Source: an uncultured Eubacteriales bacterium (GTDB taxonomy: Bacteria > Bacillota > Clostridia > Lachnospirales > Bianqueaceae). From it: a stretch of 64,000 bases of DNA. The notes beneath the pieces are model-generated. The model ran no database searches, was not told the DNA's origin, and saw nothing but the letters and a program-made list of their open reading frames with translations. The stretch covers positions 288-64,287 of the forward strand of contig ONBQ01000030.1 of the NCBI GenBank assembly GCA_900316145.1, read 5' to 3'. The position numbers were made by a program, and so were the translations under genes. Numbering within the stretch: position 1 is the first letter of the stretch; the number at the start of each line of letters is the position of its first letter. Positions 9,050 through 19,029 of the stretch are shown here, one piece after another.

Positions 9050-9558
9050 ATCGATGGAAGATCGTAATATGGCTCATGATCCTGACCTGCCCTTGGTTCC
9101 GTCCGGTCCAGGCGCAGGAAGAGAGCATGGCAGTCCCGGTATATATCGAGGGACCCGGAGCAACGGTAGCTGCCTTCGACATGGAAGGAAAGGAGGCAGC
9201 CCGGGTGGAACTTAAGGAGGATGGGGAAGGTGCCCTTATGCTTCCGGTCCCGCCGCTTACAACGGTGCGGTATACGGTCCGGCAGCTTGAAACCGGCGAA
9301 GGATTCGATCCGACCGAATGGACCATCACGGTCATGGATGGAACTGATGAGAAGGACAGGCCGATGAAGATCCTGGTCGCGGAAACCAAGGAAGGGAAGA
9401 AAGACAAAGTGGTCTTTTACAACAAGAAAAACGTGGAGACAGAGGTGCCAAAGACCGGTGACAGGAGCAGGACCGGCCTCCTTTGGGCCATGCTGATCCT
9501 GTCGTTTGGAGCTTGCGTCAGTATCCTGATCAAGGTCCGAAAGGAGGGAGAGAGATGA
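9046..9558 (+). CDS. Small minor/basal pilin (FctB-like) with a VPKTG sorting signal
   Basis: 170 aa with a signal peptide ..PVQAQ. VPKTG (9445-9459) + TM + KVRKEGER tail. ATGA overlap with the sortase stop. Confidence 0.55.
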   Translation: MNRWKIVIWLMILTCPWFRPVQAQEESMAVPVYIEGPGATVAAFDMEGKEAARVELKEDGEGALMLPVPPLTTVRYTVRQLETGEGFDPTEWTITVMDGTDEKDRPMKILVAETKEGKKDKVVFYNKKNVETEVPKTGDRSRTGLLWAMLILSFGACVSILIKVRKEGER

Positions 9559-11801
9559 AGCTATTCCGACAGTTTGGATGCTGGATCCTGATCGGACTCC
9601 TGCTTCTTTCGGCCTATGGACCGGTCTCGGCGGCGGAAGAAGAGAGTGCCCCGGTGGAGCAGACCCAGCCAGATGAACAGGAAATCTCAGACTCTGACAA
9701 CGAGAGTTCCTCCGAAGAAACGATACCGGAAGAAGAAAGCTCGAAAGGATCTGTCACGCCGGAAGAGGAGTCGTCAAAGGAGCCTCTGGAGGGGGAGACA
9801 TCTGAAGCAGAGCCTACGAACAGCTCTCCTGAGGAAGAATCTCATGACATAGATCTTGAAGGACCCGGATCGGAAGAGGAGTCATCCGAAGAAAAACAGG
9901 ATATTTCCTCCGAAACAGAAGAAAGCGTGACGGATGAGGAGACGAGCGAAGAGGAAACGGAGCAGGAAGAAAGCGAGGCTCCTAAACGGCTGGCTGCCTC
10001 TTCGATGTCGGTCACGATCTACCGCGCGGGCGATGCCTGGTACCGGGAAGCCAGCGGCAACGCGCCTTCCGGAGGAGGAGGTACCGGGATCTGGGTCGAT
10101 AAAGCGACTGGCGGCTTTGTCCAGTGCGGATCACAAGGCGTGCTTCCGCCGGAAAACAGCAAGCTCGGAACCGGTCACTATAATATCGATGTCACCTTCT
10201 CAGCGGTCGAGGATACGGATGCCAACATCCGCAAAGTGCTGTGGTTCGGGATCAATGGTCCGGCGGAATGGAGCGGCTTTAAGCAGTATACGAACAGCCA
10301 GGGCATGGCGGTCACGCCCAGTCAGACCTCGTATTATTTCAGCGAGGGCTATAAAGGACCGGCGTATATCGCGACACATACGGCCTTGTCCTATTACAAC
10401 ACCAATAATGCCAACAAAACAGGCAATAAGCTTCTGACATCCTTGACCGGCTATCAGGAATTCGTTGCCTTTCTCAAGACCAAGTCCGCCTCGGACGTGC
10501 CTTCTACCTTTAAAGCATATGTGATCCGTGGAACAGCTTCGACACAGGACTTCTATCTGTGGCGCTACAACCCCTCGGGCAAGGTGACACTGAAAAAGAC
10601 TTCCTCTGTACCGGATATCACCAAGGACAATACCCTGTATTCCCTGAACGGAACACAATACGGGATCTACAAAACGAAGGCCAACGCTACAGGAGATGCC
10701 AGCCGGGTAGCGACATTGACGGTGAACGCCGCCGGAACCAGCAATACGGTCAGCCTGTCGCCAGGGACCTACTGGTATCGCGAGATCAAGGCCGGGACCG
10801 GATACGCGCTGGATGTGACGCCCGTCTCATTTACCGTGACGGACGATAAGACAACGACCATCAACGCTTCAGACAAGCCACTGACGGCTTCCGGCAAGAT
10901 CCCGATCACCAAGGTGGAAAACGGCACAGTGATCACCAAAGGAAACGCGGTGTTCAAGGTGGAGTATCTTATAACGAGCGCCAATACGGGAGAGCAGCTC
11001 GATTCGGCTAAAGCGGCCCGGACCTGGTATGTCAAGACCATAAATGGCGTAGCCAACCTGAATGACACCTCCTCCTATCTGGCCAAGTATAACGGGCAGA
11101 CGGCAAGCGCCTTGTACAAAGACTCAGGCGGAGGGCCCACCCTTCCTTTAGGAAGATACCGGATCACAGAGATGGAGGCGCCTGCAGGATATACCAAAAC
11201 ATCCAAGCTGGTGTACGGCGGCGTCAATGTTTCAAACGGAAAGGCTTCCTTTGCCTGGATCACGAATCCGGCCGGCGATGTCAGTTATTCCAATGCCAGC
11301 ACGAAAACAGGCTTGAAGATCAACAATAAGAAGATCATCGAAGAAACACAGCTTTCGGTACAGAAAACGGTGACCGGCGGTATGGGAAACAAAAATGACA
11401 GTTTTGCCTTTACGATAGAGGCTTCTTTTGAAGGAACTCCTCTGTCCGGCACATTTGAGACAGAAGATGAAAGCGGGCAGACCGGACAGATCCGGTTTGC
11501 AGAGGGAAAGGCAGGTTTCCAATTGTCGCACGGAGAGAAACTGATCATCAAGAAACTGAAGGTCGGCACGACCTATACGATCACCGAGGAAGAAACGGAC
11601 TACGTGGTCCATGCCGAAAACGAGACCGGTACATTGACAAAAGAAGGCGGCGCTTGCACATTTGTCAATGAAAGGGAGGTCGTCGTCCCGACAGGGTTGG
11701 AGACCCGACACACGCAATGGATGTGGATCACTTCGGGCAGCGTGGCTCTGGCAGTGATGTATCAGCTGTTGCGGAGAAAGAGCCTTTTCAAAAAAGGCTA
11801 A
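9555..11801 (+). CDS. Large pilus-tip/ancillary adhesin with an acidic Ser/Glu-rich stalk and a VPTG sorting signal
   Basis: I chose the ATG at 9555 (AAGGAGGGAG RBS; MKLFRQFGCWILIGLLLLSAYGPVSAAEE signal peptide) over the track start at 9483. E/S-rich low-complexity region about 9640-9990. Repeated Cna-B/prealbumin-like segments (GxYxxxEixAPxGY). VPTG at 11685-11696 + TM + RRK. Confidence 0.65.
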   Translation: MKLFRQFGCWILIGLLLLSAYGPVSAAEEESAPVEQTQPDEQEISDSDNESSSEETIPEEESSKGSVTPEEESSKEPLEGETSEAEPTNSSPEEESHDIDLEGPGSEEESSEEKQDISSETEESVTDEETSEEETEQEESEAPKRLAASSMSVTIYRAGDAWYREASGNAPSGGGGTGIWVDKATGGFVQCGSQGVLPPENSKLGTGHYNIDVTFSAVEDTDANIRKVLWFGINGPAEWSGFKQYTNSQGMAVTPSQTSYYFSEGYKGPAYIATHTALSYYNTNNANKTGNKLLTSLTGYQEFVAFLKTKSASDVPSTFKAYVIRGTASTQDFYLWRYNPSGKVTLKKTSSVPDITKDNTLYSLNGTQYGIYKTKANATGDASRVATLTVNAAGTSNTVSLSPGTYWYREIKAGTGYALDVTPVSFTVTDDKTTTINASDKPLTASGKIPITKVENGTVITKGNAVFKVEYLITSANTGEQLDSAKAARTWYVKTINGVANLNDTSSYLAKYNGQTASALYKDSGGGPTLPLGRYRITEMEAPAGYTKTSKLVYGGVNVSNGKASFAWITNPAGDVSYSNASTKTGLKINNKKIIEETQLSVQKTVTGGMGNKNDSFAFTIEASFEGTPLSGTFETEDESGQTGQIRFAEGKAGFQLSHGEKLIIKKLKVGTTYTITEEETDYVVHAENETGTLTKEGGACTFVNEREVVVPTGLETRHTQWMWITSGSVALAVMYQLLRRKSLFKKG

Positions 11802-11911
11802 ATGTAACAAAAATAGTCTTTTCTTTTTTCTCCTTTTGTGGTATTCTGTGGAAAACGGAAGCAATATTTCGCTTCTCATTCGGAAAACAACAAGAAAAGG
11901 AGTAGATCACT

Positions 11912-13225
11912 ATGTCGAAGATCCTGAGCAAGCCTGAGTACGAGCGTTGGACAGCTGAGACGCGTGACCGCCGCATGGATTGGTGGAGACAGGCGCGTTA
12001 TGGTATGTTTGTTCATTATGGCCTCTTCTCAACGGTAGGACGTCATGAGTGGGGCATGGTCCAGGAAAACTGGCCCATCGAAGAGTATGAGAAACTGGCT
12101 GATAACTTCAATCCGAAGCCCGGCGCGCCGCGCGAGTGGGCGAAGCTGGCAAAAGCGGCCGGCATGAAGTACATGGTCATGATCACCCGTCATCATGAGG
12201 GATTCTCCTTGTGGGATTCCAAAGCCAACCCCTATAACTCTGTCAATTATGGACCGCATCGCGACCTGGTCCGTGAATTTGTAGATGCCTGCCGTGAATT
12301 CGGTCTGGGTATCGGTTTCTATTCCACCTGCATGGAGTGGCATCATCCGGATTCCGGTCGCTGCGCGTATGATAACGAGGCCAGAAAGCGCTATACGCAG
12401 TTCCTGATGGATATCAACACAGAACTGCTCACCAATTATGGCAAGATCGATATCCTCTGGTATGATGTACCGGCTCCCATGGAAAGCTGGGAAGGCTGGG
12501 ATTCCCTGGTCCGCAATCAGAAACTCAGAGAGCTGCAGCCGGATATCATCATCAATGACCGCAGCCGTCTGCCGGAAGATTTCGGCACGCCGGAAGAGCA
12601 TGTCACTCCGGGTGAGCGTGACTGGGAAGCCTGCATGACCTTCAACGGCCTGTCCTGGGGTTATGTGGATTCCGAGCAGGTCAAGCCCTTCAGCTATTCC
12701 GCTCAGCAGATCATCAAGATGATCAATACCTGCGCGGCCAATGGCGGCAACCTGCTGCTGAACATCGGTCCGACACCGGACGGTTCCGTTCCGGAAGAAG
12801 CGGTCGAACCGCTGCTGAAGGTCGGTGAGTGGCTGAAAGAGAACGGCGAGGCTGTTTATGGCAAGATGATCAAAGGCGGCGGCTGGGGCCACGCGAAATT
12901 CGGCGGCAACGGCGTTACCTGGGCATCTGCCAAGGAAGGCCACGTCTATCTGTGGAACGTGATCTGGCCGAAGGACGGCACCATGGCGATCGGCGGCTAT
13001 ATGAACGCACCGAAGAAGATCACCCTGCTCAAGGACGGTACTCCGATCGACTTCGAGCATAAGGGCCACCGCATCATCCTGAAGAACCTGCCGAAGGAGA
13101 TCCCGGATACGATCTGCGGCATCACTGTTCTGGATATGGAATTTGATGAAGAGCCGAAGTATGTCTTCGCGTCCTATTATCCGCAGCTGCATGGCGGCGA
13201 GGAATTTACCGACAATAAGATCTGA
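11912..13225 (+). CDS. GH29 alpha-L-fucosidase
   Basis: 437 aa. WWRQARYGMFVHYGLFS, MVMITRHHEGFSLWDS, NGGNLLLNIGP. Confidence 0.85.
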   Translation: MSKILSKPEYERWTAETRDRRMDWWRQARYGMFVHYGLFSTVGRHEWGMVQENWPIEEYEKLADNFNPKPGAPREWAKLAKAAGMKYMVMITRHHEGFSLWDSKANPYNSVNYGPHRDLVREFVDACREFGLGIGFYSTCMEWHHPDSGRCAYDNEARKRYTQFLMDINTELLTNYGKIDILWYDVPAPMESWEGWDSLVRNQKLRELQPDIIINDRSRLPEDFGTPEEHVTPGERDWEACMTFNGLSWGYVDSEQVKPFSYSAQQIIKMINTCAANGGNLLLNIGPTPDGSVPEEAVEPLLKVGEWLKENGEAVYGKMIKGGGWGHAKFGGNGVTWASAKEGHVYLWNVIWPKDGTMAIGGYMNAPKKITLLKDGTPIDFEHKGHRIILKNLPKEIPDTICGITVLDMEFDEEPKYVFASYYPQLHGGEEFTDNKI

Positions 13226-13241
13226 GGAGGACTGTTTTACC

Positions 13242-14660
13242 ATGAAATATGAACCGACAAGAGAATCCGTTTCCAGCCACGAGGCGCCACAGTGGTTTAA
13301 AGATGCCAAATTCGGTATCTTTATCCATTGGGGACTGTTTTCCGTACCCGGATGGGCTGTAAAAAAACCGGAAGGCCAGAGCATGGTCGATGGCGATGAA
13401 CTGCCCTCCATGGAAGAGCAGATGAAGTATCATCCCTATGCCGAATGGTACCTGAATTCCCTGCGCTGCCCAGGTTCTCCGACCCAGGAGTACCATGAGA
13501 AGACCTATGGGAAGGATTTCGATTATTTCGATTTCTATCATGAATTCCAGAAAGAAAGCGATAAGATGGATCCGGAAGCCTGGGCCAAGTTCTTTGAAGA
13601 AGCCGGCGCGAAATACGTCGTTCTGGTCACCAAGCATCATGACGGCTACACCCTGTGGCCCAGCGAGCACAAGAATCCCTTCATGCCGGACTATCAGTCC
13701 AAGCGGGATCTGGTGGGCGAGCTGACCGATGCCGTTCGTGCGCATAACATGAAAATGGGCCTGTATTACTCTGGTATCTTTGACTGGACGTTCAAGCATG
13801 AGCCGATGAACAGCCCGGAGAACTGGGCGGATCATTATGTCGCGTCTGATGAGTACGCTGCTTATTCCGAAGCACAGACCCGCGAACTGATCGAGAAGTA
13901 TCATCCGTCTGTTCTGTGGAACGATATGGGATATCCGGCGCAGACCGATCTGATGAAGCTGTTTGCGGATTACTATAATACGGTAGAAGATGGCGTATTG
14001 AATAACCGTTGGCTGCAGATCGATGAGGCCGGCCGTCAGAAATATATCGATGAGATCTACAAGGCTAAGGCAGAAGGCAAGGGTATTCCGTTCCAGATCG
14101 AGATCGGAGACTACTATACGCCTGAGTACGCCCGCGTTCTCAACTATGACACGGAGAAATGGGAGTTGTGCCGCGGCATTGGTATGTCCTTCGGATACAA
14201 CCGTAACGAGAACCCGGCCAACTTCATGAAGGCCAAAGACGTCATCTGGTGCATCATCGATGTCACCGCCAAAAATGGTAATCTTCTGCTCAACGTAGGT
14301 CCGCTTGCGGATGGTACGATCCAGAAAGAGCAGATGGAACCGTTGCTGGAGACCGGTGCGTGGCTGAAGGTCAACGGAGAGGCCATCTATGCGACGACCT
14401 GCCGTGAAGACAAGCAGTCGGATGTAACGAAAGATGGAAAAGAAGTCCGTTACACCAAAAAGGGAGATGTCCTTTATGCCATCGTCATGGATGAGCAGCC
14501 CGGAAAGACCGTCGCGATCGAAGGCCTGGAAGTTCCGGAAGGCAAGAAGGTAGAGATCCTGGGCATGGGCGATGTTGAGTTCTGTCAGAAAGACGACGCT
14601 CTTGTAGTCGCGCTGCCGGATAATATGCCGCCGTACGCATACGTCCTGAAGATCGCTTGA
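13242..14660 (+). CDS. GH29 alpha-L-fucosidase
   Basis: ATG at 13242 behind a GAGGAGG RBS; the track start at 13143 overlaps the upstream gene. WFKDAKFGIFIHWGLFSVPGW, VLVTKHHDGYTLWPS, NGNLLLNVGP. Confidence 0.85.
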   Translation: MKYEPTRESVSSHEAPQWFKDAKFGIFIHWGLFSVPGWAVKKPEGQSMVDGDELPSMEEQMKYHPYAEWYLNSLRCPGSPTQEYHEKTYGKDFDYFDFYHEFQKESDKMDPEAWAKFFEEAGAKYVVLVTKHHDGYTLWPSEHKNPFMPDYQSKRDLVGELTDAVRAHNMKMGLYYSGIFDWTFKHEPMNSPENWADHYVASDEYAAYSEAQTRELIEKYHPSVLWNDMGYPAQTDLMKLFADYYNTVEDGVLNNRWLQIDEAGRQKYIDEIYKAKAEGKGIPFQIEIGDYYTPEYARVLNYDTEKWELCRGIGMSFGYNRNENPANFMKAKDVIWCIIDVTAKNGNLLLNVGPLADGTIQKEQMEPLLETGAWLKVNGEAIYATTCREDKQSDVTKDGKEVRYTKKGDVLYAIVMDEQPGKTVAIEGLEVPEGKKVEILGMGDVEFCQKDDALVVALPDNMPPYAYVLKIA

Positions 14661-14674
14661 TCAAAACAGTAAAC

Positions 14675-14705
14675 AGGGCCGGCCTTTTGACCGGCCCTTG
14701 TTTGA
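14675..14705 (+). terminator. Rho-independent terminator
   Basis: AGGGCCGG (14675-14682) / CCGGCCCT (14691-14698), followed by TGTTTG. Confidence 0.65.
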
Positions 14706-14729
14706 TCCCGCAGAAAGGTTGTTTTAAGT

Positions 14730-16229
14730 ATGAAAAGCTTATCACCAAAGCCTAAAAAGTATAATCGCCCGGCGCGCATGGAAGAGATCCAGAAGGTGAT
14801 CGAGAAGGGACCTTTTACTGCGTCCATGGCCTCGTTGAAGAACTATAAGGTCCCCAAGTGGTACGAGGACGGAAAGTTTGGCATCTTCATCCATTGGGGT
14901 CCGTATTGCGTCCCGGCCTTCGGCAGCGAATGGTATCCCCGTTTCATGTATCAGCCGGGGACCAAAGAATTTGAACATCATATCAAGACATACGGCCCGC
15001 ATAAGGACTTTGGATATAAGGATTTCATTCCCATGTTCACTGCGGAGCAGTTCGATCCCAAAGATTGGGCACAGCTCTTTAAAGAAGCGGGAGCCCGTTT
15101 CGTAGTCCCGGTCGCGGAGCATCATGACGGTTTCCAGATGTACAAAAGTGATCTGTCTCGCTGGAACGCGGCGGAAATGGGGCCGAAGCGCGATATTCTC
15201 GGGGAGCTTGGCCAGGCCGTCCGGGAAGAAGGTATGATCCTTGGCGCGTCCAGTCATCGCGCGGAACACTACTGGTTCATGGACGGAGTTCACAAGATCG
15301 ACAGTGACTATACCGAAGATTTGGAAGATTTCTACGGTCCGGCCGCGCCGGCACCGGAGGATCATTCCAGCGTAACCCTTTGCCCGCCTACGGCTGATCA
15401 CCTGGATGACTGGCTGCTTCGGACCTGTGAGATCGTGGATAAATACCGTCCGCAGATCGTCTGGTTCGACTGGTGGATCAATCATCTGTCCTTCCGGCCT
15501 TATCTGGAAAAGTTTGCGGCGTACTACTACAATCGCTGCGCCGAATGGAACATTGGAGGAGCGATCAACTATAAGTATACGGCCTATGATGAGGGCTGCG
15601 CCGTCTTCGATGTCGAGCGTGGACAGCTTTCCAACGGGCGGACCATGCTTTGGCAGAATGATACGTCTGTCAGCAAAAACTCCTGGGGCTATATCGAGGG
15701 CCATGATTACAAAAAGCCGGTCGACATAGTATGCGACCTGGTGGATATCGTTTCCAAAAACGGAGCGCTCCTTCTGAACATCGGTCCGAAGGCGGATGGT
15801 ACGATCCCGGAAGAGGAGAGGAACATCATGCGGGAGATCGGCCGCTGGCTGAAGGCCAACGGAGAAGCCATCTATGGTACGCGTCCCTGGAAGATCTTTG
15901 GTGAAGGCCCGACCCAGATCCCGGAAGGAGCCTTTACGGATACGAACCGGGATAAGTTCACGGAGAAAGACATTCGGTACACGGCAAAAGGCCAGACCCT
16001 GTATGCCATCGTGATGGGCCGTCCGGAAGGAGGCACGGTCAGACTGACCGAGGTCAGACCGGAAGATGGCTATCGGATCGCGACGCTGCTGGAAGGCGAG
16101 CGCCTGAAGGCAAAGCCCTCGGAAGAAGGCCTTCTGGTCACGATGCCGGAAACCTTCACCTATGAAGAATATCCTTTCGTCATCCGTCTGAACAAAGGCC
16201 GCGCCGGCTTTGATGATAAAGACGAATGA
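14730..16229 (+). CDS. GH29 alpha-L-fucosidase
   Basis: 499 aa. WYEDGKFGIFIHWGPYCVPAFG, VVPVAEHHDGFQMYKS, NGALLLNIGP. Confidence 0.85.
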   Translation: MKSLSPKPKKYNRPARMEEIQKVIEKGPFTASMASLKNYKVPKWYEDGKFGIFIHWGPYCVPAFGSEWYPRFMYQPGTKEFEHHIKTYGPHKDFGYKDFIPMFTAEQFDPKDWAQLFKEAGARFVVPVAEHHDGFQMYKSDLSRWNAAEMGPKRDILGELGQAVREEGMILGASSHRAEHYWFMDGVHKIDSDYTEDLEDFYGPAAPAPEDHSSVTLCPPTADHLDDWLLRTCEIVDKYRPQIVWFDWWINHLSFRPYLEKFAAYYYNRCAEWNIGGAINYKYTAYDEGCAVFDVERGQLSNGRTMLWQNDTSVSKNSWGYIEGHDYKKPVDIVCDLVDIVSKNGALLLNIGPKADGTIPEEERNIMREIGRWLKANGEAIYGTRPWKIFGEGPTQIPEGAFTDTNRDKFTEKDIRYTAKGQTLYAIVMGRPEGGTVRLTEVRPEDGYRIATLLEGERLKAKPSEEGLLVTMPETFTYEEYPFVIRLNKGRAGFDDKDE

Positions 16230-16232
16230 TAA

Positions 16233-16280
16233 CAAAGACCGCCTGCGGACTTGATGTTCGCAAGCGGTCTTTCGTCTCTT
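16233..16280 (+). terminator. Rho-independent terminator
   Basis: AAAGACCGC (16233-16241) / GCGGTCTTT (16263-16271), then a T-rich CGTCTCTTTT. Confidence 0.5.
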
Positions 16281-16286
16281 TTCAAC

Positions 16287-16315
16287 TTGTATTATGCACT
16301 CTTTTATGTTACAAT
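16287..16315 (+). promoter_or_regulatory. Sigma-70-type promoter upstream of cysK
   Basis: TTGTAT (16287-16292), 17 nt, TACAAT (16310-16315). Confidence 0.45.
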
Positions 16316-16361
16316 GATAAAACTTGAAATTATCACACAGAAGAGGTTTAACTGAATCAAC

Positions 16362-17291
16362 ATGATCTATCAGAACGTACTGGAAGCGGTCGGGCATACC
16401 CCGCTGATCCGCTTGAATCATATGACAGGACCAGAGGACGCAAGGATCCTGGTCAAATACGAAGGCTTGAACATAGGCGGGTCCATCAAGACCCGCACCG
16501 CCTTAAAGATGATCGAAGAGGCGGAAAGAAGAGGGGAGCTGAACCCGGATTCGATCATCGTGGAACCGACAAGCGGCAATCAAGGCATAGGTCTGGCTTT
16601 GGTCGGCGCGGTCAAAGGCTATAAAGTAGTCATTATCATGCCGGACTCCGTCAGTCATGAACGCCGGCTGCTGGTCGCGCAATACGGGGCGGAAGTCAGG
16701 CTGGTCCATGATGATAATAACATCGGAGAGTGCATCCAGAATTGCATTGCCCTGGCGCATCAGATGGCAGAAGAAGATCCCAGAGTATTCGTGCCGGATC
16801 AGTTCAGCAATCCGGACAATCTGGCAGCCCATCTGGAGCATACCGGGTTGGAGATCCTGGAACAGGTGGATGGTCCGATCGATGCGTTTTGTTCCGGCAT
16901 CGGTACAGGCGGCACGATCAGCGGCATCGGACGGGTGCTGAAAGAGAAGAATCCGAACATCCAGATCTGCGCGGTGGAGCCGGAAAACGCGGCCATTTTG
17001 TCGGGCGGCAGCATCGGGACCCATCTGCAGATGGGCATCGGCGATGGCCTGATCCCGGATATCCTGGATCAGCACATCTATGATATGATCTATATCGTGA
17101 CGGATGAACAGGCCATGGAAACAACAAAAGCCCTCGCGAAAAAGGAGGGCATTCTGTGCGGCATTTCCAGCGGAACGAACGTGTGCGCGGCCATCAAGCT
17201 GGCAAAGCTTCTGGGAAAGGGCAAGACGGTCGTTACGGTGCTGCCGGATACCGGAGAGCGGTATTTCAGCACACCGCTGTTTGAAGGGTAA
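16362..17291 (+). CDS. cysK: Cysteine synthase A (O-acetylserine sulfhydrylase)
   Basis: 309 aa. GGSIKTRTA (PLP Lys), [21 protein letters not shown]. Confidence 0.9.
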   Translation: MIYQNVLEAVGHTPLIRLNHMTGPEDARILVKYEGLNIGGSIKTRTALKMIEEAERRGELNPDSIIVEPTSGNQGIGLALVGAVKGYKVVIIMPDSVSHERRLLVAQYGAEVRLVHDDNNIGECIQNCIALAHQMAEEDPRVFVPDQFSNPDNLAAHLEHTGLEILEQVDGPIDAFCSGIGTGGTISGIGRVLKEKNPNIQICAVEPENAAILSGGSIGTHLQMGIGDGLIPDILDQHIYDMIYIVTDEQAMETTKALAKKEGILCGISSGTNVCAAIKLAKLLGKGKTVVTVLPDTGERYFSTPLFEG

Positions 17292-17303
17292 AAGGAAAAA
17301 AGA

Positions 17304-17933
17304 TCAACCGCGGTGCGCGATCCTTTGTACAGAGGGATGGTGCTCACCGCTGATCCAATCACAGTCATTCGTGATCCAGCTCATGATCTCGAACATACGG
17401 GTCTCCCACGCTATGGTGGAGGCCTTTTGTTTTTCTGTCATAGGCTGCTCCATGGTGACATCGATCTCGTCATAACCGAAGATATATCCGCCGGAGGACC
17501 AGATGGTGAAGTTGCTGTCCGGACCAGGATCGGGAGCGCCGCCGCGGGCTGCGTCGTTTTCTGCCGACAGCACGTCATGGCGGTGTTTGTATTCCTCCTC
17601 GCTGCCGGGGACCAGCTTGGTCATAAAGACCCGGTGGCGGATCAGGCTTTTATCTTCCCGAATGATACCGATGTCCGAATACATCAACCGCATGGGGTAG
17701 GGAAAGAAGGACACGGTCGAAGAAAAGACGGAGATCAGCCGGGCAACATCCAGTGTGTTTTCGGAGCTTTCACCATACAGGAAAACCAGGTCTTCCGCCT
17801 GCCAAATGGAGAAATTGCGGACCTTATAGGATTCCAGTGAGGTACAAAGATCAGGCCAGGCCTGACCCAGCGCGGCACGAAAAGCAGCGCCTTGACCGGG
17901 CTTGATCTGTCCGGCGACAGTATATCGTTGCAT
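17304..17933 (-). CDS. Tandem L-rhamnose/L-fucose-mutarotase-like (RhaM fold) protein
   Basis: 209 aa in two halves of about 100 aa, each with the RhaM-like pattern (..GQGAAFRAALGQAWPDL..VRNFSIWQ..LVFLYGE; ..GSEEEYKHRHD..NFTIWSSGGYIFGYDE). Confidence 0.45.
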   Translation of the reverse strand: MQRYTVAGQIKPGQGAAFRAALGQAWPDLCTSLESYKVRNFSIWQAEDLVFLYGESSENTLDVARLISVFSSTVSFFPYPMRLMYSDIGIIREDKSLIRHRVFMTKLVPGSEEEYKHRHDVLSAENDAARGGAPDPGPDSNFTIWSSGGYIFGYDEIDVTMEQPMTEKQKASTIAWETRMFEIMSWITNDCDWISGEHHPSVQRIAHRG

Positions 17934-18103
17934 GATAGGTACGTTCCTTTCTGGCAGAATAAGCTGCCTTCATTATATCGAAAGCGTCAGGAAAAAGCAA
18001 TCATCCATCTGACCTTATAAAAATATTAAATTCTGGCTATTTATTTAATGCCAGATTGGAGTATAATAAGGCCAGAAGTTTGAGAAAGAGGTGTATTCAT
18101 ATC

Positions 18104-18934
18104 ATGAAAAAGATCCTTACGATACAAGATATTTCCTGCTTTGGCAAGTGCTCCCTTACCATTGCCCTGCCGGTCATCTCCGCGATGGGCGTAGAGACGG
18201 TCATCCTGCCCACGGCGGTCCTGTCCACCCATACCATGTTCAAAAACTTTACCGTAAAAGACCTGACGGATCAGCTGCTGCCGATCACGCAGCACTGGAA
18301 GAATGAAGGCATCACCTTTGACGCCATCTATACCGGGTACCTGGGTTCCGCGGAGGAGATCGAGATCGCGAAGGAGATCTTCCGCATGTTCAAGACCGAT
18401 GACACGATGATCTTTATTGACCCGGTCATGGCGGATAACGGAAAGATGTATCCGGCCTTTGATGAAAACTACGCCAAGCTGAACGCGGGACTGTGCGGGG
18501 AGGCCGATATCATCGTGCCGAATATTACAGAAGCCTGCTTTATGACCGGCACCGAATATAAAGAAGAGTACGACGAGGCCTATGTGCTGGACCTCCTGCA
18601 TAAACTGGCTGGTCTTGGTGCCAAAACGGTCGTGCTGACCGGCGTGTCCCTGTCCAAAGGCAAGACCGGTATCTACGGCCTGGAAACAGCCACGGGCCGC
18701 ACCTTCCAGTATCAGAATGACCGGATCGACGCCTCCTATCATGGAACCGGCGACCTGTTCTCCAGCGTGACCATAGGCGCCTTAATGCGGGGCTATGATC
18801 TGGAAAAAGCCTTCCAGATCGCGGCGGATTATACCGCACGTACCATCGAAGTTACGATGGAAAACCCGGACAAGCCCTGGTACGGGGTCGATTTCGAAGC
18901 GACTTTGCCGGAGCTGATGCAGATGTTGAAATAA
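18104..18934 (+). CDS. pdxK: Pyridoxal/pyridoxamine kinase
   Basis: ATG at 18104 (MKKILTIQDISCFGKCSL..). Ribokinase-fold PdxK pattern: YTGYLGS, IDPVMADNGKMY, YHGTGDLFSS. Confidence 0.8.
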   Translation: MKKILTIQDISCFGKCSLTIALPVISAMGVETVILPTAVLSTHTMFKNFTVKDLTDQLLPITQHWKNEGITFDAIYTGYLGSAEEIEIAKEIFRMFKTDDTMIFIDPVMADNGKMYPAFDENYAKLNAGLCGEADIIVPNITEACFMTGTEYKEEYDEAYVLDLLHKLAGLGAKTVVLTGVSLSKGKTGIYGLETATGRTFQYQNDRIDASYHGTGDLFSSVTIGALMRGYDLEKAFQIAADYTARTIEVTMENPDKPWYGVDFEATLPELMQMLK

Positions 18935-18961
18935 TGCCCAAACCCAAGCCTTCATAGAGCA

Positions 18962-19021
18962 AAGAAGCTGTCTTACGAGCAAGCAGAGGAAATCGCTTGT
19001 GTAAGACAGCTTCTTTTTTTA
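18962..19021. terminator. Rho-independent terminator between convergent pdxK and the MATE gene
   Basis: AAGAAGCTGTCTTAC (18962-18976) / GTAAGACAGCTTCTT (19001-19015), followed by a T run. Confidence 0.75.
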
Positions 19022-19029
19022 TACAGTTT

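Noticed and set aside
10020-10560. Possible thioester domain (Cys...Gln about 140 aa apart: FVQCGSQG and ASTQDFYLW) in the tip adhesin, as in Cpa
   Set aside because: The Cys and Gln sequence contexts do not match the thioester-domain motifs as I remember them ([YF]C[LIV][DENQ] and TQxA[IV]W). The spacing alone is not evidence. I leave it as an untested idea.
14742-16421. 559-aa minus ORF, plus 12029-13411 (460 aa) and 13206-13904 (232 aa), opposite the fucosidase genes
   Set aside because: These are shadows of GH29 genes, which carry clear catalytic motifs on the plus strand. There is no independent coding evidence.
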